Part shown: positions 19,754 through 29,719 of the stretch, piece by piece | Position numbering within the stretch: position 1 is the stretch's first letter | Layout: every line of letters starts with the position of its first letter | Program-made: the position numbers and the translations under genes | The notes under the pieces: model-generated | Database searches by the model: none | What the model was told of the DNA's origin: nothing | Seen by the model: the letters and a program-made list of their open reading frames with translations, nothing else | Source of the DNA: Deltaproteobacteria bacterium | GTDB taxonomy: Bacteria > Myxococcota > JACRCW01 | Direction: 5' to 3' | NCBI GenBank assembly: GCA_016218805.1 | Contig: JACRCW010000168.1 | Location: 1 to 64,000, forward strand | DNA: 64,000 bases

Positions 19754-21250
19754 ATGCGAACAACCTGCTCGGTCCACGTCGTGATTGCGGTGTTCAGCGG
19801 CTTTTGCCTGGTGGCGTGCAAGCCAGGCGGGGGAGGGGGCGGGTCCAGCTCGTCGGGCGGGGCCAGCAGTTCTTCGTCGTCGGGTGGTGGCTCCAGCTCG
19901 GGGGGCTCCAGCGGCGGGGCTTCGTCAGGCGGGAGCGTGGCGCTGGAGCAGTTGTGCGCCGCGTGGGAGGACGCGTTCTGCCAGACGCCGCCGTGTGACA
20001 CCGGGGCGGGCTACGACGACGCCAAGTGCCGCGCGCAGCTCACCGGGACGGGGTGTGGCGTGGCGTCGCTCCAGGCGGAGATTGCCGCCGGGCGCCTCCG
20101 CTATGATCCCGAGGCCGCGGCCCGCTGTGTTTCCTTCTACCGCTCGTACCTGGCGGGCTACGACGACGCCCTGTGCGACCCGGACCCCGTGGCGCAACTG
20201 ACCTACTACTTTGAGACGGTCACCTTCAGCTGCGTGAACAACGCTCCCCACGTGGAGGGGTGGTTCACCGGTTGCGACACCATGTTCGTGGGCCTGGTTG
20301 CGCGCGGAGGTTCATGCGCCGATGACGAGGCTTGTGCGCCCACCGCGCCCGCCGTCATGGGCGCCTGCGAGAACGTCCCGGACGGCGGCTGTGGCACGTG
20401 CGGGGACAGCGTGGCCCAGGTTGGCCAACGCTGCCGCTGGTCCGCGGACGGCGGGACGCCACGCTCCATTGCCTGCGCAGAGGGGCACCAGTGTGACGAC
20501 AGCGACACCTGCGTCCCCTACCGTGCCGCAGGTGGCTCGTGCGGCACGGGCGTGGGGGCGTGCGAGCCAGCCTGTGGTCTCAGCTGCAAGGAGACCGACG
20601 CGGGGTCCGCCTGTTTGACGACGGCGCACGTCAACGCCGGCGCCCCGTGCAGCTACTTCGCCGAACCCACCATCTACTGCGGCGCCGGCCTGGCCTGCGT
20701 CCTGCGCGGCACCGACGCGGGCTACCCGGACTTCCAGGCTCCCGGAACCTGCCGCGCGCAGGCCATCGCCGGCCAGCAGTGCAGTGCGGGCTTCAACTAT
20801 GACGTTTACTCCGGGTGGGGACCTGCCTTCAGCGGCGCCATGGCGTACGGGACCTCGCCTGCCTGCGCCCTGGGACTGGGCTGTGACCGCGGCGCGGACG
20901 CGGGCTGGTGGGACCCCGGCACCTGCCGCGCCTACACCCGCACCACGCTGGGCCAGCCCTGCGGTGACGTCGTCACCTGCCCGCCCACCGCGTACTGCGG
21001 CACCCTCACGGACGGCGGACCCAAAGTCTGTGTTGCCAAGCCCTCCACGGGTGGAGACTGCTCCCGGGATTCGGACTGTGCTGCGGCCAGCCGGTGCGCG
21101 GACGCGAGCGACGGCGGCCGGTGCACGCCGCGCAAGGCGGACGGCCAGCCGTGCACCGCGGACAGCGACTGCGCCCACTACTCCGTCTGCTTCCACCACG
21201 TCTGCACGCCGGGCCAGAACGCCGTGGAGGACCCGGTCACCTGCCGGTGA
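19754..21250 (+). CDS. Cysteine-rich lipoprotein (myxobacterial type)
   Basis: Lipobox LVA-C, Gly/Ser linker, AGRLRYD...AARC segment, repeated GxxC...C motifs. Confidence 0.8.
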   Translation: MRTTCSVHVVIAVFSGFCLVACKPGGGGGGSSSSGGASSSSSSGGGSSSGGSSGGASSGGSVALEQLCAAWEDAFCQTPPCDTGAGYDDAKCRAQLTGTGCGVASLQAEIAAGRLRYDPEAAARCVSFYRSYLAGYDDALCDPDPVAQLTYYFETVTFSCVNNAPHVEGWFTGCDTMFVGLVARGGSCADDEACAPTAPAVMGACENVPDGGCGTCGDSVAQVGQRCRWSADGGTPRSIACAEGHQCDDSDTCVPYRAAGGSCGTGVGACEPACGLSCKETDAGSACLTTAHVNAGAPCSYFAEPTIYCGAGLACVLRGTDAGYPDFQAPGTCRAQAIAGQQCSAGFNYDVYSGWGPAFSGAMAYGTSPACALGLGCDRGADAGWWDPGTCRAYTRTTLGQPCGDVVTCPPTAYCGTLTDGGPKVCVAKPSTGGDCSRDSDCAAASRCADASDGGRCTPRKADGQPCTADSDCAHYSVCFHHVCTPGQNAVEDPVTCR

Positions 21251-21306
21251 CGCGCCCGCCCGGCTGCTGCTAGCCCTGGCGCCCCCACGGACGGAGGCGC
21301 CTACCC

Positions 21307-23853
21307 ATGTCCACCGAATGCTGCAGTGGCCTCGTGCGGGGCCGCGGAGACTGGACGCTGGCGGGCAGCCGGGACCAGTACCCGCTGGACCACCCGGTGG
21401 TGCCCACGCACGTGGCACTGGACGTCCGCGTGGACGTGGAGGCGCGCGCGCTGTGGGGGACCGCCACGCTGTCCCTGCAGGTGGTGGCCCCGGACGCGCA
21501 GCGGCTGGCCCTGGACGCGCGTGACATGACCGTGCTGGCGGTGCGCCTGGACGGCCAGCCCGCCGCATTCCGGCACACGGGCGGGAAGATCCACGTGGAG
21601 CTGCCCGCGCCGCTGCCGCGCGGCACCGCGCTGGGCGTGGCGGTGGACTACCGCGTGGAGAAGCCGCGGCTGGGGCTGTACTTTGTGGCGCCGGATTCGG
21701 CCTACCCGCACAAGCCGCGGCAGGCCTGGACGCAGGGCCAGGACGACGACAGCGCCTACTGGTTCCCGTGCCTGGACGCGCCGCACCTCAAGGCCACCAG
21801 CGAGGTCCGCTGCACGGTGCCCCCGCCGTTCCGCGCGCTGTCCAACGGTCCCCGGGTGGGCTCCACCGCCAACGCGGACGGCACGGTGACCTGGCACCAC
21901 CGGCTGGATGTGCCGCACCCGGCCTACCTGTGCACGCTGGTGGTGGGTGAGTTCGCTGAAGTGGTCCGCCACCACGGCAACCTGCCCGTGCGGTGGTTTG
22001 TCCCGCCGGGGCGCGAGGACGACGCGGAGCGCAGCCTGGGCAAGACGCCGCAGATGATTGCGCACTTTGAAAAACTGCTGGGCGTGCCATTTCCGTATCC
22101 GGAGTACGCGCAGGTGACGGTGGCGGACTTTGTGTTTGGCGGGATGGAGAACGCAGGGGCCACCACGCTGATGGACCGCACGCTGCATGATGCGCGCGCG
22201 CACCTGGATTTCTCGTCGGAGGAACTGGTGGCGCATGAGCTGGCGCACCAGTGGTTCGGGGATCTGGTCACCTGCCGCACCTGGTCGGAAGGGTGGCTGA
22301 ATGAGGGCTTTGCCACGTACTTTGCCGCCCTGTGGATGGAGGCGGAGCAGGGAAAGGACGATTTCCACTACGACCTGTGGCTGGCACTGCGCCGCTACAT
22401 GGAGGAGGACGGCAAGCGCTACCGGCGGCCCATTGTCACGCGGCGCTACCAGGAACCCATAGACCTGTTTGACCGCCACCTGTACGAGAAGGGCGCGCGC
22501 GTCCTGCACATGCTGCGCGCCGAGCTGGGCGACGCCGTGTTCTTTGGCGGTCTTACGCGCTACCTGCAGCGGCATGCGCGCGGTTCGGCCGACACGGACG
22601 ACCTGCGGCGCGCGCTGGAGGAGGAGGCGGGGCGCAGCCTGGAGCGGTTCTTTGATGATTGGGTGCGCGCGGACGGGCACCCTGACGTGACGGTGGACCA
22701 CGTCTACGACGCGGCCAACAAGCTGGCGCTGGTGAACATCTCCGTGGGCGCGCGGCCTGAGCTGGGACGGCCGTGGGCGTTCAGCGTCCCGGTGCGCATC
22801 CACTGCGGCAAGGACGTGGTGGAAACGCGGCTGAAGGTGGACGCGGAATTCCAGCGTTTCCCGGTGAAAGTCCCGGACCGGCCCACGCGTGTGGTGGTGG
22901 ACGGGGATGACGCGGTGCTCAAGGCGCTGCGGCTGCGGTTGCCGGAGGAACTGCTCATTGACCAGCTGCGCAAGGACCCCAGCGTGATGGCGCGCGTGCG
23001 CGCGGCGTGGGCGCTGCAGGACATGCCCAGCCGGGCCACGCTGGACGCGCTGGAGGCGGCGCTGAAGGAGGACGCGTTCTGGGGCGTGCAGGCGGACGTG
23101 GCCGGCGTGCTGGGTGAAATGCGCGGCGAACGCGCGCTGCGCATCCTGCTGGGCGCGCTCACCAGCGTGAAGCACCCCAAGGCGCGGCGGGCGGTGGCCC
23201 GGGCGCTGGGGAACTGGCAGCACCCGGACGCGGCGCGCGCGCTGGAGGAGAAACTGCGCCTGGGGGATGACAGCTATTTTGTGGAGGCGGATGCGGCCAC
23301 GGCGCTGGGACGCACGCGGGACCCGGGCGCGGCGGCGGTGCTCAGGGAGATCCTGCGCGCGCGTGACAGCTGGCTGGACGTGGTGCGGGCGGGGTGCGTG
23401 GCCGGGCTGGGAGAAACGCGGGATATCACCCAATACGAAGTGGTCCGCGGCCAGGCGGAATACGGGCACGCGGTGAACGTCCGCATTGCCGCGGTGGCGG
23501 CCATGGCGCGGCTGGGGCAGGGCCGGCCGCTGGCGTCCCAGGTGGTCAGTGACCTGGACCGCCTGACAGAGGACCGGGACTTCCGCGTCACCATGGCCAT
23601 CCTGGGCGCGGCCGAAGCGCTGCAGGACAGCGCGGCAGTTCCCGTCGTGGAACGGCTGCAGCGGCAGGGCCCGGATGGCCGCATCCGCCGCCGCGCGGAG
23701 GAGGTGGCGCGCGCGCTGAAAGCGGGCCGGGACGGGCAGGGCGCTGTGGAGTCACTGCGCACGGAACTGGACAAGCTGCGGGATGAGCAGCGCATCCTGC
23801 GCGACCGCGTCACCGCGCTGGAGGGCGCGCGCTCCACGACGACAACGAGCTGA
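21307..23853 (+). CDS. M1 family aminopeptidase with C-terminal HEAT repeats and coiled coil
   Basis: WTQGQ...WFPC.D, GGMEN, HELAHQWFGDLVT...WLNEGFA, LYEKG; HEAT-like repeats. Confidence 0.93.
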   Translation: MSTECCSGLVRGRGDWTLAGSRDQYPLDHPVVPTHVALDVRVDVEARALWGTATLSLQVVAPDAQRLALDARDMTVLAVRLDGQPAAFRHTGGKIHVELPAPLPRGTALGVAVDYRVEKPRLGLYFVAPDSAYPHKPRQAWTQGQDDDSAYWFPCLDAPHLKATSEVRCTVPPPFRALSNGPRVGSTANADGTVTWHHRLDVPHPAYLCTLVVGEFAEVVRHHGNLPVRWFVPPGREDDAERSLGKTPQMIAHFEKLLGVPFPYPEYAQVTVADFVFGGMENAGATTLMDRTLHDARAHLDFSSEELVAHELAHQWFGDLVTCRTWSEGWLNEGFATYFAALWMEAEQGKDDFHYDLWLALRRYMEEDGKRYRRPIVTRRYQEPIDLFDRHLYEKGARVLHMLRAELGDAVFFGGLTRYLQRHARGSADTDDLRRALEEEAGRSLERFFDDWVRADGHPDVTVDHVYDAANKLALVNISVGARPELGRPWAFSVPVRIHCGKDVVETRLKVDAEFQRFPVKVPDRPTRVVVDGDDAVLKALRLRLPEELLIDQLRKDPSVMARVRAAWALQDMPSRATLDALEAALKEDAFWGVQADVAGVLGEMRGERALRILLGALTSVKHPKARRAVARALGNWQHPDAARALEEKLRLGDDSYFVEADAATALGRTRDPGAAAVLREILRARDSWLDVVRAGCVAGLGETRDITQYEVVRGQAEYGHAVNVRIAAVAAMARLGQGRPLASQVVSDLDRLTEDRDFRVTMAILGAAEALQDSAAVPVVERLQRQGPDGRIRRRAEEVARALKAGRDGQGAVESLRTELDKLRDEQRILRDRVTALEGARSTTTTS

Positions 23854-23864
23854 GGAGGGACACC

Positions 23865-24350
23865 GTGGCGGCCAAGAAGAAGGCGGCAAACAAACCCACC
23901 GGCGGGCGCAGCGCGACCCAGCAGAAGGGCGCGGCCGTCGCCGCGGAGCTCAGGCAGAACATCGTGTTCGGGCTGGACCCCTTTGAGCTGTTCTGCGCCT
24001 ATCACCTGGGGATCACGCCGGAGAACACCTACCGGTTCCAGAACGTGCATGATGTGGCCAGGCGGTTCGGCGTGACCCCGGGGGAGGTGCGCCAGGCGCT
24101 GCAGGTGTACGGGATGGACCCGGACGCCGCCATCAACAGCAAGTTCAACATGGCGGTGGCCCAGGTGGACGTGCAGGTGGCCCCGCCCGGCGTGGACCTG
24201 CTGACCCTGGCGCAGATGCATTACGAAGAGTTCCTGGGCTCACCGCGCAAGGCCCGCAAATGGAGCCGGGAGTTGGAGCGGGACGCCGCGGAGAACGAGC
24301 TGATCTTCAACAAGCGCGCGCCCCCGCCAGACGAAGACATCGAGGAGTGA
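23865..24350 (+). CDS. Hypothetical protein (possible helix-turn-helix)
   Basis: GAGGAGG RBS, typical codon usage, VHDVARRFGVTPGEVRQAL HTH-like segment. Confidence 0.75.
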   Translation: MAAKKKAANKPTGGRSATQQKGAAVAAELRQNIVFGLDPFELFCAYHLGITPENTYRFQNVHDVARRFGVTPGEVRQALQVYGMDPDAAINSKFNMAVAQVDVQVAPPGVDLLTLAQMHYEEFLGSPRKARKWSRELERDAAENELIFNKRAPPPDEDIEE

Positions 24351-24357
24351 ACGCCCC

Positions 24358-24567
24358 ATGCGCCAGCGGACACGCACGTTCATGGGCGCATGGAAGCGAC
24401 TGCTGGAGCTTGCGGCCGGGCCGCGCAAACCGGAACTCAACCCCGGCGCGGCGGCGGAGGCGGAGCGGCGCCGGGAGTTTGAAGCGCGCTGCCACGCCGT
24501 GGTCCAGGGCGGCCAGGCGGCCGGGCGGTCCTCCGCGGGTGCGCCCGCGGAAAGCCCCCAGCGCTAG
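24358..24567 (+). CDS. Small hypothetical protein
   Basis: Short ORF right after the preceding gene; no recognisable motif. Confidence 0.35.
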   Translation: MRQRTRTFMGAWKRLLELAAGPRKPELNPGAAAEAERRREFEARCHAVVQGGQAAGRSSAGAPAESPQR

Positions 24568-24771
24568 TCACCGCAAAGCAACGCTGGACCCGTTGAGCTG
24601 GGCGCGGATGCGCTTGAGGTGCTGCTCAATGCGGCTGTCCAGGTGGGCCTGCATTTCGGCCTCCACGGCGGGTCCGGCCGCCGGCGGGGCGGTCTCACAG
24701 CCCGCGGAAGCCATGGAAAGGACGCAGGAAACCAGGATGGGGGCGGAGAGGGTGGCAATGCGGCGGACCAT
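24568..24771 (-). CDS. Small putative lipoprotein
   Basis: GAGG RBS; MVRRIATLSAPILVSCVLSMASAG-C lipobox-like N-terminus. Confidence 0.45.
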   Translation of the reverse strand: MVRRIATLSAPILVSCVLSMASAGCETAPPAAGPAVEAEMQAHLDSRIEQHLKRIRAQLNGSSVALR

Positions 24772-24868
24772 GGATGCCTCCGGCTCCACCTGGCGCCGCC
24801 TGGCGCTCACCGGAGCCGGGACGCACCCTAAGGGTCAGCCGGATCACGGTCAAAAAAAAGGCCGGAAA

Positions 24869-25348
24869 TCACCCGTTGCGGATGCGGCAGACCTGGCCGG
24901 GTCCGTCAGCAATGGTCACGCACGTCTCACCCGTGCCGCAGTCCCCCGCAGACGAACAGCGCTTTTCACAGGAATGGAACTGCGGGCCCGACGGACCGGC
25001 AATGCCGTAGTAGGACACGCATTCCAGCCCGGGAGCGCACTGGCTGTTGGCGGAGCAGCTCTCACCCATGCCGGGCAGGCCCGTGCCGCCGCACAGCCAG
25101 GCGCACGTGTTGTTGGCGCAGTTGAAGTTGCCCACGCACTGCGGGTGGATGAGCCCCTGCGCTGCGCAATCCGTCGGCGCGTAGCAGAAACCCGCCGAAT
25201 AACAGGCCCCATCCGCCGACCGGCACCAATCACCCGAGGCGCAATCCGCGTCCGACGCGCACCCCTCCGGAGTCCCGCCGCCGCAATCCGCCGCGCCCAA
25301 CACCAGGCAGCTCAGCGCCACGCCCATCCCCATTGCCACCCGCTTCAT
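24869..25348 (-). CDS. Small exported Cys-rich protein
   Basis: GGAGG upstream; signal peptide ending LGAAD-C; CxxDxDC repeats; T-rich run downstream on the minus strand. Confidence 0.75.
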   Translation of the reverse strand: MKRVAMGMGVALSCLVLGAADCGGGTPEGCASDADCASGDWCRSADGACYSAGFCYAPTDCAAQGLIHPQCVGNFNCANNTCAWLCGGTGLPGMGESCSANSQCAPGLECVSYYGIAGPSGPQFHSCEKRCSSAGDCGTGETCVTIADGPGQVCRIRNG

Positions 25349-25467
25349 TGACGTCATCACCCCGTCCTCCAGTGGTAATCTGCAAGGCGGGTGGGATATG
25401 TCACGACATCGGAGAAATCAAGGTGGATCCGCATCGTTCGTTGGGCAGTCGGCGCTTCCAGTGGGAC

Positions 25468-26520
25468 GTGTTGCAGCCCCGTCTGCCGCCGGTGCCGCCG
25501 CAGGCGCGGCTCACGCGGGAGCAACCCGCGGATTTCCGCGTGGAGGAAATCCCCGCGTATCCCGCCTCCGGCAGCGGGGACCACGTGATGGTGACGGTGG
25601 AGAAGACCGGGTTGTCCACGCTGGAGGTGGCGCGGCGGCTGGCGCAGCACCTGGGCGTGGACGGCCGCGAAGTGGGCTTTGCCGGCCGCAAGGACGTGCA
25701 CGCGGTGGCGGTGCAGCGCTTCACGGTTCCCCGGCGCAAGCACGTGCGGCTGCAGCCCGGCCCGCTGTCCGCGGGGATCACCATCCTTGAGGTGGCGTTG
25801 CACAAGAACAAGCTGCAACTGGGCCACCTGCACGGGAACCGGTTTGACATCCTGCTGCGCGTCCCCGTCGTGGGCGCGCTGGAGCGCCTGCGCGAACGCG
25901 CGCCCCAGGTCACCCGCGGGGTGGTGAACTATTTCGGGCCACAGCGGTTCGGTGTGGACGGGAACAACGTGGAGGACGGCATCCGCGTGCTCACCGGGGC
26001 GCGCCGCGGTGGTGACCCGCGCGGCCTGCAGTTGCTGGTGAGCGCGGTGCAGAGCCACGTCTTCAACCTGGTGGCGGACTTCCGCGTGCGGCGCGACCCC
26101 GACGTGCTCCCGGTCACGGGGGACATCCTGGTGAAGGTCCCGTCAGGCGCGCCGTTCCATTGTGATGCGCCGGAGACCGACGCGGCCCGCGTCATGGAAG
26201 GCGCCGTGGCGGTCACCGGCCCCCTTCCCGGCTCGAGGATGCGTCTGCCGCGGGACGTCCCGCTGACATGGGAGTCGCGCATACTCGCGGATGTCCTACC
26301 TGACCCCACCGTGCTCACGGCGGGTAGGCGGGCCCCGCTGGGAGACCGCAGGGCAATCCTGGTGCGCCCCCAGGGCATTCAGGTGGACGCGGTGCCGGAG
26401 GGGATCCGGGTGCGGCTGAGCCTGCCGCCGGGGTCGTTCGCAACCTCCGTACTCCGCGAATGGGCAGGGATCCTGGAAGACGGCGCCGCAGGCTCTGCCG
26501 CGTCGGAATCCGCCGGTTGA
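25468..26520 (+). CDS. truD: tRNA pseudouridine(13) synthase (start uncertain)
   Basis: DFRVEE, GFAGRKD (catalytic Asp), LGHL.GNRF, NYFGPQRFG, SAVQS..FN, LPPGSFAT.VLRE. Confidence 0.92.
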   Translation: MLQPRLPPVPPQARLTREQPADFRVEEIPAYPASGSGDHVMVTVEKTGLSTLEVARRLAQHLGVDGREVGFAGRKDVHAVAVQRFTVPRRKHVRLQPGPLSAGITILEVALHKNKLQLGHLHGNRFDILLRVPVVGALERLRERAPQVTRGVVNYFGPQRFGVDGNNVEDGIRVLTGARRGGDPRGLQLLVSAVQSHVFNLVADFRVRRDPDVLPVTGDILVKVPSGAPFHCDAPETDAARVMEGAVAVTGPLPGSRMRLPRDVPLTWESRILADVLPDPTVLTAGRRAPLGDRRAILVRPQGIQVDAVPEGIRVRLSLPPGSFATSVLREWAGILEDGAAGSAASESAG

Positions 26521-26656
26521 ACGCGGGGGAACCCGCCGGGTCCCCGGCCGTTGATGAACTCCTGAACCAGCGCGTGCGTCCCACCGGTACCTTAGGCACG
26601 GAGCGTGCTCATTCGCCTGGTCGTACCCATGGTGGAATGGCTTGGGAGGTAGAAGC

Positions 26657-27925
26657 ATGGTGGCAGCCAAGAAAACGCTGATTCAGGGGCCCCCGGTGAG
26701 GGTGTTGCGCCCGGTGCCCGCCTTGCCCGCGGAGCGGCGCAACGTGGGGCCCCGCGCGGACCCCCTGGACAGCTACCTGGAAGGGCTGGCCCGCATCCCG
26801 CTGTTCACCCCCGCTGAGGAGCGCCAGGCAGCCAAGACTTTGAGGGAATTGGAACTGGAAGCCTGGCGCCGGGCGCTGCCGTTCCGGGCCACGCTGGAGA
26901 CCATTGGCAGCCATGAAAAGATCCTTGAGCTGACGGACCGCGCAAGCCTGGAAGAGGTGGCGCGCCAGGCCGGTCGCATCCCCATGGACTGGCCGCCCAG
27001 CCACCCGCTGGCCAAGGACCTGGCCCACCTGGGGGAGCAGCTTCGCGAGGTGGACGAGGACCAGGAACTGATTGACGGTGCCACCGCCCGCCTGCTGGCG
27101 ATGGCGCGCGAGTCCCAGGAGGGGCGCCGGCGCCCCGTGATCAGGCCCGGACAGCCCACGCTGCAGCAGGCGCTGGCGGTGGACCGGGCGCGCCGGGCCG
27201 CGGTCACCGCGCGCAACGCGTTTGTGCGGGCTAACCTGCGCCTGGTGGTCAGCGTGGCGCGCGGATTCCACCACTTCCGCCTGCCGCTGATTGACCTCAT
27301 CCAGGAAGGCAACCTGGGCCTCATCAAGGCCGTGCACCGCTTTGACTGGAAGAAGGGCTTCCGCTTCTCCACGTATGCGCACTGGTGGATCCGCCAGAGC
27401 ATTGAGCGCGCCATCATGAACAAGGGCGCCCAGGTACGGCTGCCGGTGCACGTGTTTGACACGCGGCGGCAGCTGGCGCGGGCCAACAAGGAGTTGAGCC
27501 ACGCGCTGGGGCGCAAGCCCTCTGAAGAGGAGATTGCCGAGCACCTGGGCATCCCCATGGACAAGCTCCAGGAAGTGCTGCACGCCGCCCCGCGCGAGCC
27601 CGTCAGCCTGGACGAGCCGGTGGGCGCCGAGGATGACCGCAAGCTGGGCGAGGTGGTGGCCGATGAAAGCGTGGAGCCGCCGGACGACTGGGTCATCCGC
27701 GACGACGAGGTCACCCGCGTGCGGCAGCTGCTCAAGCTGCTGACGCCCGTGGAGATGGACATCATCCAGCGGCGGTTTGGGCTGGCGGCGGACCAGGACG
27801 AAACGCTGGAAGAGATTGGCCGCAAGTACAACCTGAGCCGCGAACGCGTGCGGCAAATCCAGGTCCAGGGCCTGGAGAAGATGCGCCGCTTCTGCGAACG
27901 GCGGAACATCGGCACCGACGGCTAG
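26657..27925 (+). CDS. Sigma-70 family (RpoD/RpoS-like, no region 1.1) RNA polymerase sigma factor
   Basis: Region 1.2 DPLDSYL...IPL, NLRLVVSVA, DLIQEGNLGLIKAV.RFD..KGFRFSTYA.WWIRQ, TLEEIG....LSRERVRQI. Confidence 0.93.
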   Translation: MVAAKKTLIQGPPVRVLRPVPALPAERRNVGPRADPLDSYLEGLARIPLFTPAEERQAAKTLRELELEAWRRALPFRATLETIGSHEKILELTDRASLEEVARQAGRIPMDWPPSHPLAKDLAHLGEQLREVDEDQELIDGATARLLAMARESQEGRRRPVIRPGQPTLQQALAVDRARRAAVTARNAFVRANLRLVVSVARGFHHFRLPLIDLIQEGNLGLIKAVHRFDWKKGFRFSTYAHWWIRQSIERAIMNKGAQVRLPVHVFDTRRQLARANKELSHALGRKPSEEEIAEHLGIPMDKLQEVLHAAPREPVSLDEPVGAEDDRKLGEVVADESVEPPDDWVIRDDEVTRVRQLLKLLTPVEMDIIQRRFGLAADQDETLEEIGRKYNLSRERVRQIQVQGLEKMRRFCERRNIGTDG

Positions 27926-28016
27926 CGATCGGGCTTGACTTCGGGAACGGTACGTCGCAAAAGGGCGCGCGCTTTTCGGACCCATTCGCTCGTCGGACAG
28001 GTCCGCATCGCTTGGT

Positions 28017-28094
28017 CGGGGCGTGGCGCAGCCTGGTCAGCGCACTTGACTGGGGGTCAAGGGGTCGGTGGTTCAAATCCACTCGCCCCGACCA
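28017..28094 (+). tRNA. tRNA-Pro (GGG), CCA encoded
   Basis: Acceptor CGGGGCG/CGCCCCG-ACCA, D-arm GCGCAGCCTGGTCAGCGC, anticodon arm CTTGA-CTGGGGG-TCAAG, T-loop GGTTCAAATCC. Confidence 0.96.
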
Positions 28095-28184
28095 CTTTTT
28101 TCTGCCTGCATGTGATGAACTCCCCCCTTCCGGGGGAGGCCGCTTGCACTGCATGGAAAGCGCGTGGCATTCCGTGGTGCTGAC

Positions 28185-28970
28185 GTGACCAACCGCCCGC
28201 TCATCCTGCTCTCCAACGACGACGGCGTGACCGCGCCGGGCCTCACCGCGCTCCGGCAGGCGCTGGCTCCGCTGGGGGACGTCTGGGTGGTGGCCCCAGA
28301 ACTGGAACAGTCCGGCGTCAGCCACGCCATCACGCTGCACCGGGCGTTGCGCGTGCGGCAGGTGGAGCCCCAACGTTTTGCCGTGGACGGTACGCCCACG
28401 GACTGCGTGTACCTGGCGCTGCACAAGCTCCTCCCGCGCGCGCCGGACATGGTGGTGTCCGGCATCAACCACGGCGGCAACCTGGGTGATGACGTGCTGT
28501 ATTCAGGCACGGTCAGCGCCGCCATGGAAGGCGCGCACCACGGCAATCCGGCCATTGCGGTGAGCCTGGTGGGCCGCCCCACGGACGAGGGGTTTGCGGT
28601 GGCGGGCGCGTTCTCCCACGCCCTGGCCCGCTTCTGCCTGGACAACCGGCTGGCGCGCGGGCTGCTGCTCAACGTGAACGTGCCCAAGCGCGCCACCATG
28701 CAGACGCCGTTCCGGTTCTGCGCGTTGGGGAAGCACTCGTGGAAGCCCACCGTGGAGGAGCGCAAGGACCCGCGGGGAAAGCCGTACTACTGGATCGGCG
28801 GGCCGTGGGACGGCCATGATGACGTGCCCGGCACGGACGTGCACGCCATCGAGCGCGACATCATCTCCGTGACCCCGGTGCGCGCATCGCTCACCGACAC
28901 CACCGCCCTGTCCGGCATGCTGAACATTGGCGAGCTGCACGCGTTCCGCCGGGCCGACCCCGAGCCATGA
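28185..28970 (+). CDS. surE: 5'/3'-nucleotidase SurE
   Basis: ILLSNDDG, VVAP...QSG.SHAITL, DGTPTDCV, SGIN.G.NLG.DVLYSGTV.AA.EG, DPRG..YYW. Confidence 0.96.
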   Translation: MTNRPLILLSNDDGVTAPGLTALRQALAPLGDVWVVAPELEQSGVSHAITLHRALRVRQVEPQRFAVDGTPTDCVYLALHKLLPRAPDMVVSGINHGGNLGDDVLYSGTVSAAMEGAHHGNPAIAVSLVGRPTDEGFAVAGAFSHALARFCLDNRLARGLLLNVNVPKRATMQTPFRFCALGKHSWKPTVEERKDPRGKPYYWIGGPWDGHDDVPGTDVHAIERDIISVTPVRASLTDTTALSGMLNIGELHAFRRADPEP

Positions 28971-29719
28971 TCCGGGGGCGCGCCGTGGCGGCCGTGGTGC
29001 CCGTGCTGGTCTGCGCGTGCGCGTCTGACCGGTCCGCCGCGCGCCCCTCCACGCCACCGGCCGCGCGGGCCGCCCGGCTGCCCACCGTCACGGAGCCCCC
29101 CGGTGAGTCCCACACCGTCCGCCCGGGGGACACGCTGTGGGGCATTGCCCGGCAATACGGCTCCAGCGTGGATGAGGTGGCCGAAGTCAACGGCCTGTCC
29201 GACGCGGAACCGCTGCGCGTGGGCCAGGTGCTGTTTGTCCCCGCGCCGGACCCGTTGGCGCCCGCGCCGCCCGTGGGACCCGCGTTGGAGCAGGAGGTCC
29301 TCCCGCCGGATGCGCCGCCGCTGACGCCCACCGGTGAGGCGCCGGTGTTCGTCTGGCCGGTGAAGGAGGGTGTGATGTTCAGCGAGTTCGGGCCGCGGCA
29401 GGGCAGCGTGCACGACGGGATTGACCTGGGTGCACCGGAGGGGTCACCGGTGCTGGCGGCGGCGGACGGGGAGGTGTTGTTCGCCGGCGACGACAAGGGG
29501 GCGTTTGGCCTGCTGGTGGTGGTGCGGCACGCGCAGGACCGCATCACCGTGTATGCGCACAACCAGGTGAACCTGGTGAAGGAGGGGCAGGCGGTGAAAC
29601 AGGGGCAGGTGATCGCGCGGGTGGGGCACACGGGGGCGGCCATGACGCCGCACATCCACTTTGAGTTGCGCGAAAAGCGCAAGCCGGTGGACCCCGTCCA
29701 GTATATGCCGTTGGAGTGA
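28967..29719 (+). CDS. LysM + M23 peptidase lipoprotein (NlpD-like)
   Basis: Lipobox, HTVRPGDTLWGIA LysM, HDGID, YAHN, PHIHFE. Confidence 0.9.
   Translation: MIRGRAVAAVVPVLVCACASDRSAARPSTPPAARAARLPTVTEPPGESHTVRPGDTLWGIARQYGSSVDEVAEVNGLSDAEPLRVGQVLFVPAPDPLAPAPPVGPALEQEVLPPDAPPLTPTGEAPVFVWPVKEGVMFSEFGPRQGSVHDGIDLGAPEGSPVLAAADGEVLFAGDDKGAFGLLVVVRHAQDRITVYAHNQVNLVKEGQAVKQGQVIARVGHTGAAMTPHIHFELREKRKPVDPVQYMPLE

Noticed and set aside
26561..26577. Additional LexA-like half sites (CCTGAAC here; also near 37939, 15660 and 51941)
   Set aside because: Only one half site matches (13/17 or fewer), and the genes are not repair-related
28017..28185. tRNA-Pro as integration site of an island or prophage
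   Set aside because: No integrase, no duplicated tRNA 3' end; surE follows directly
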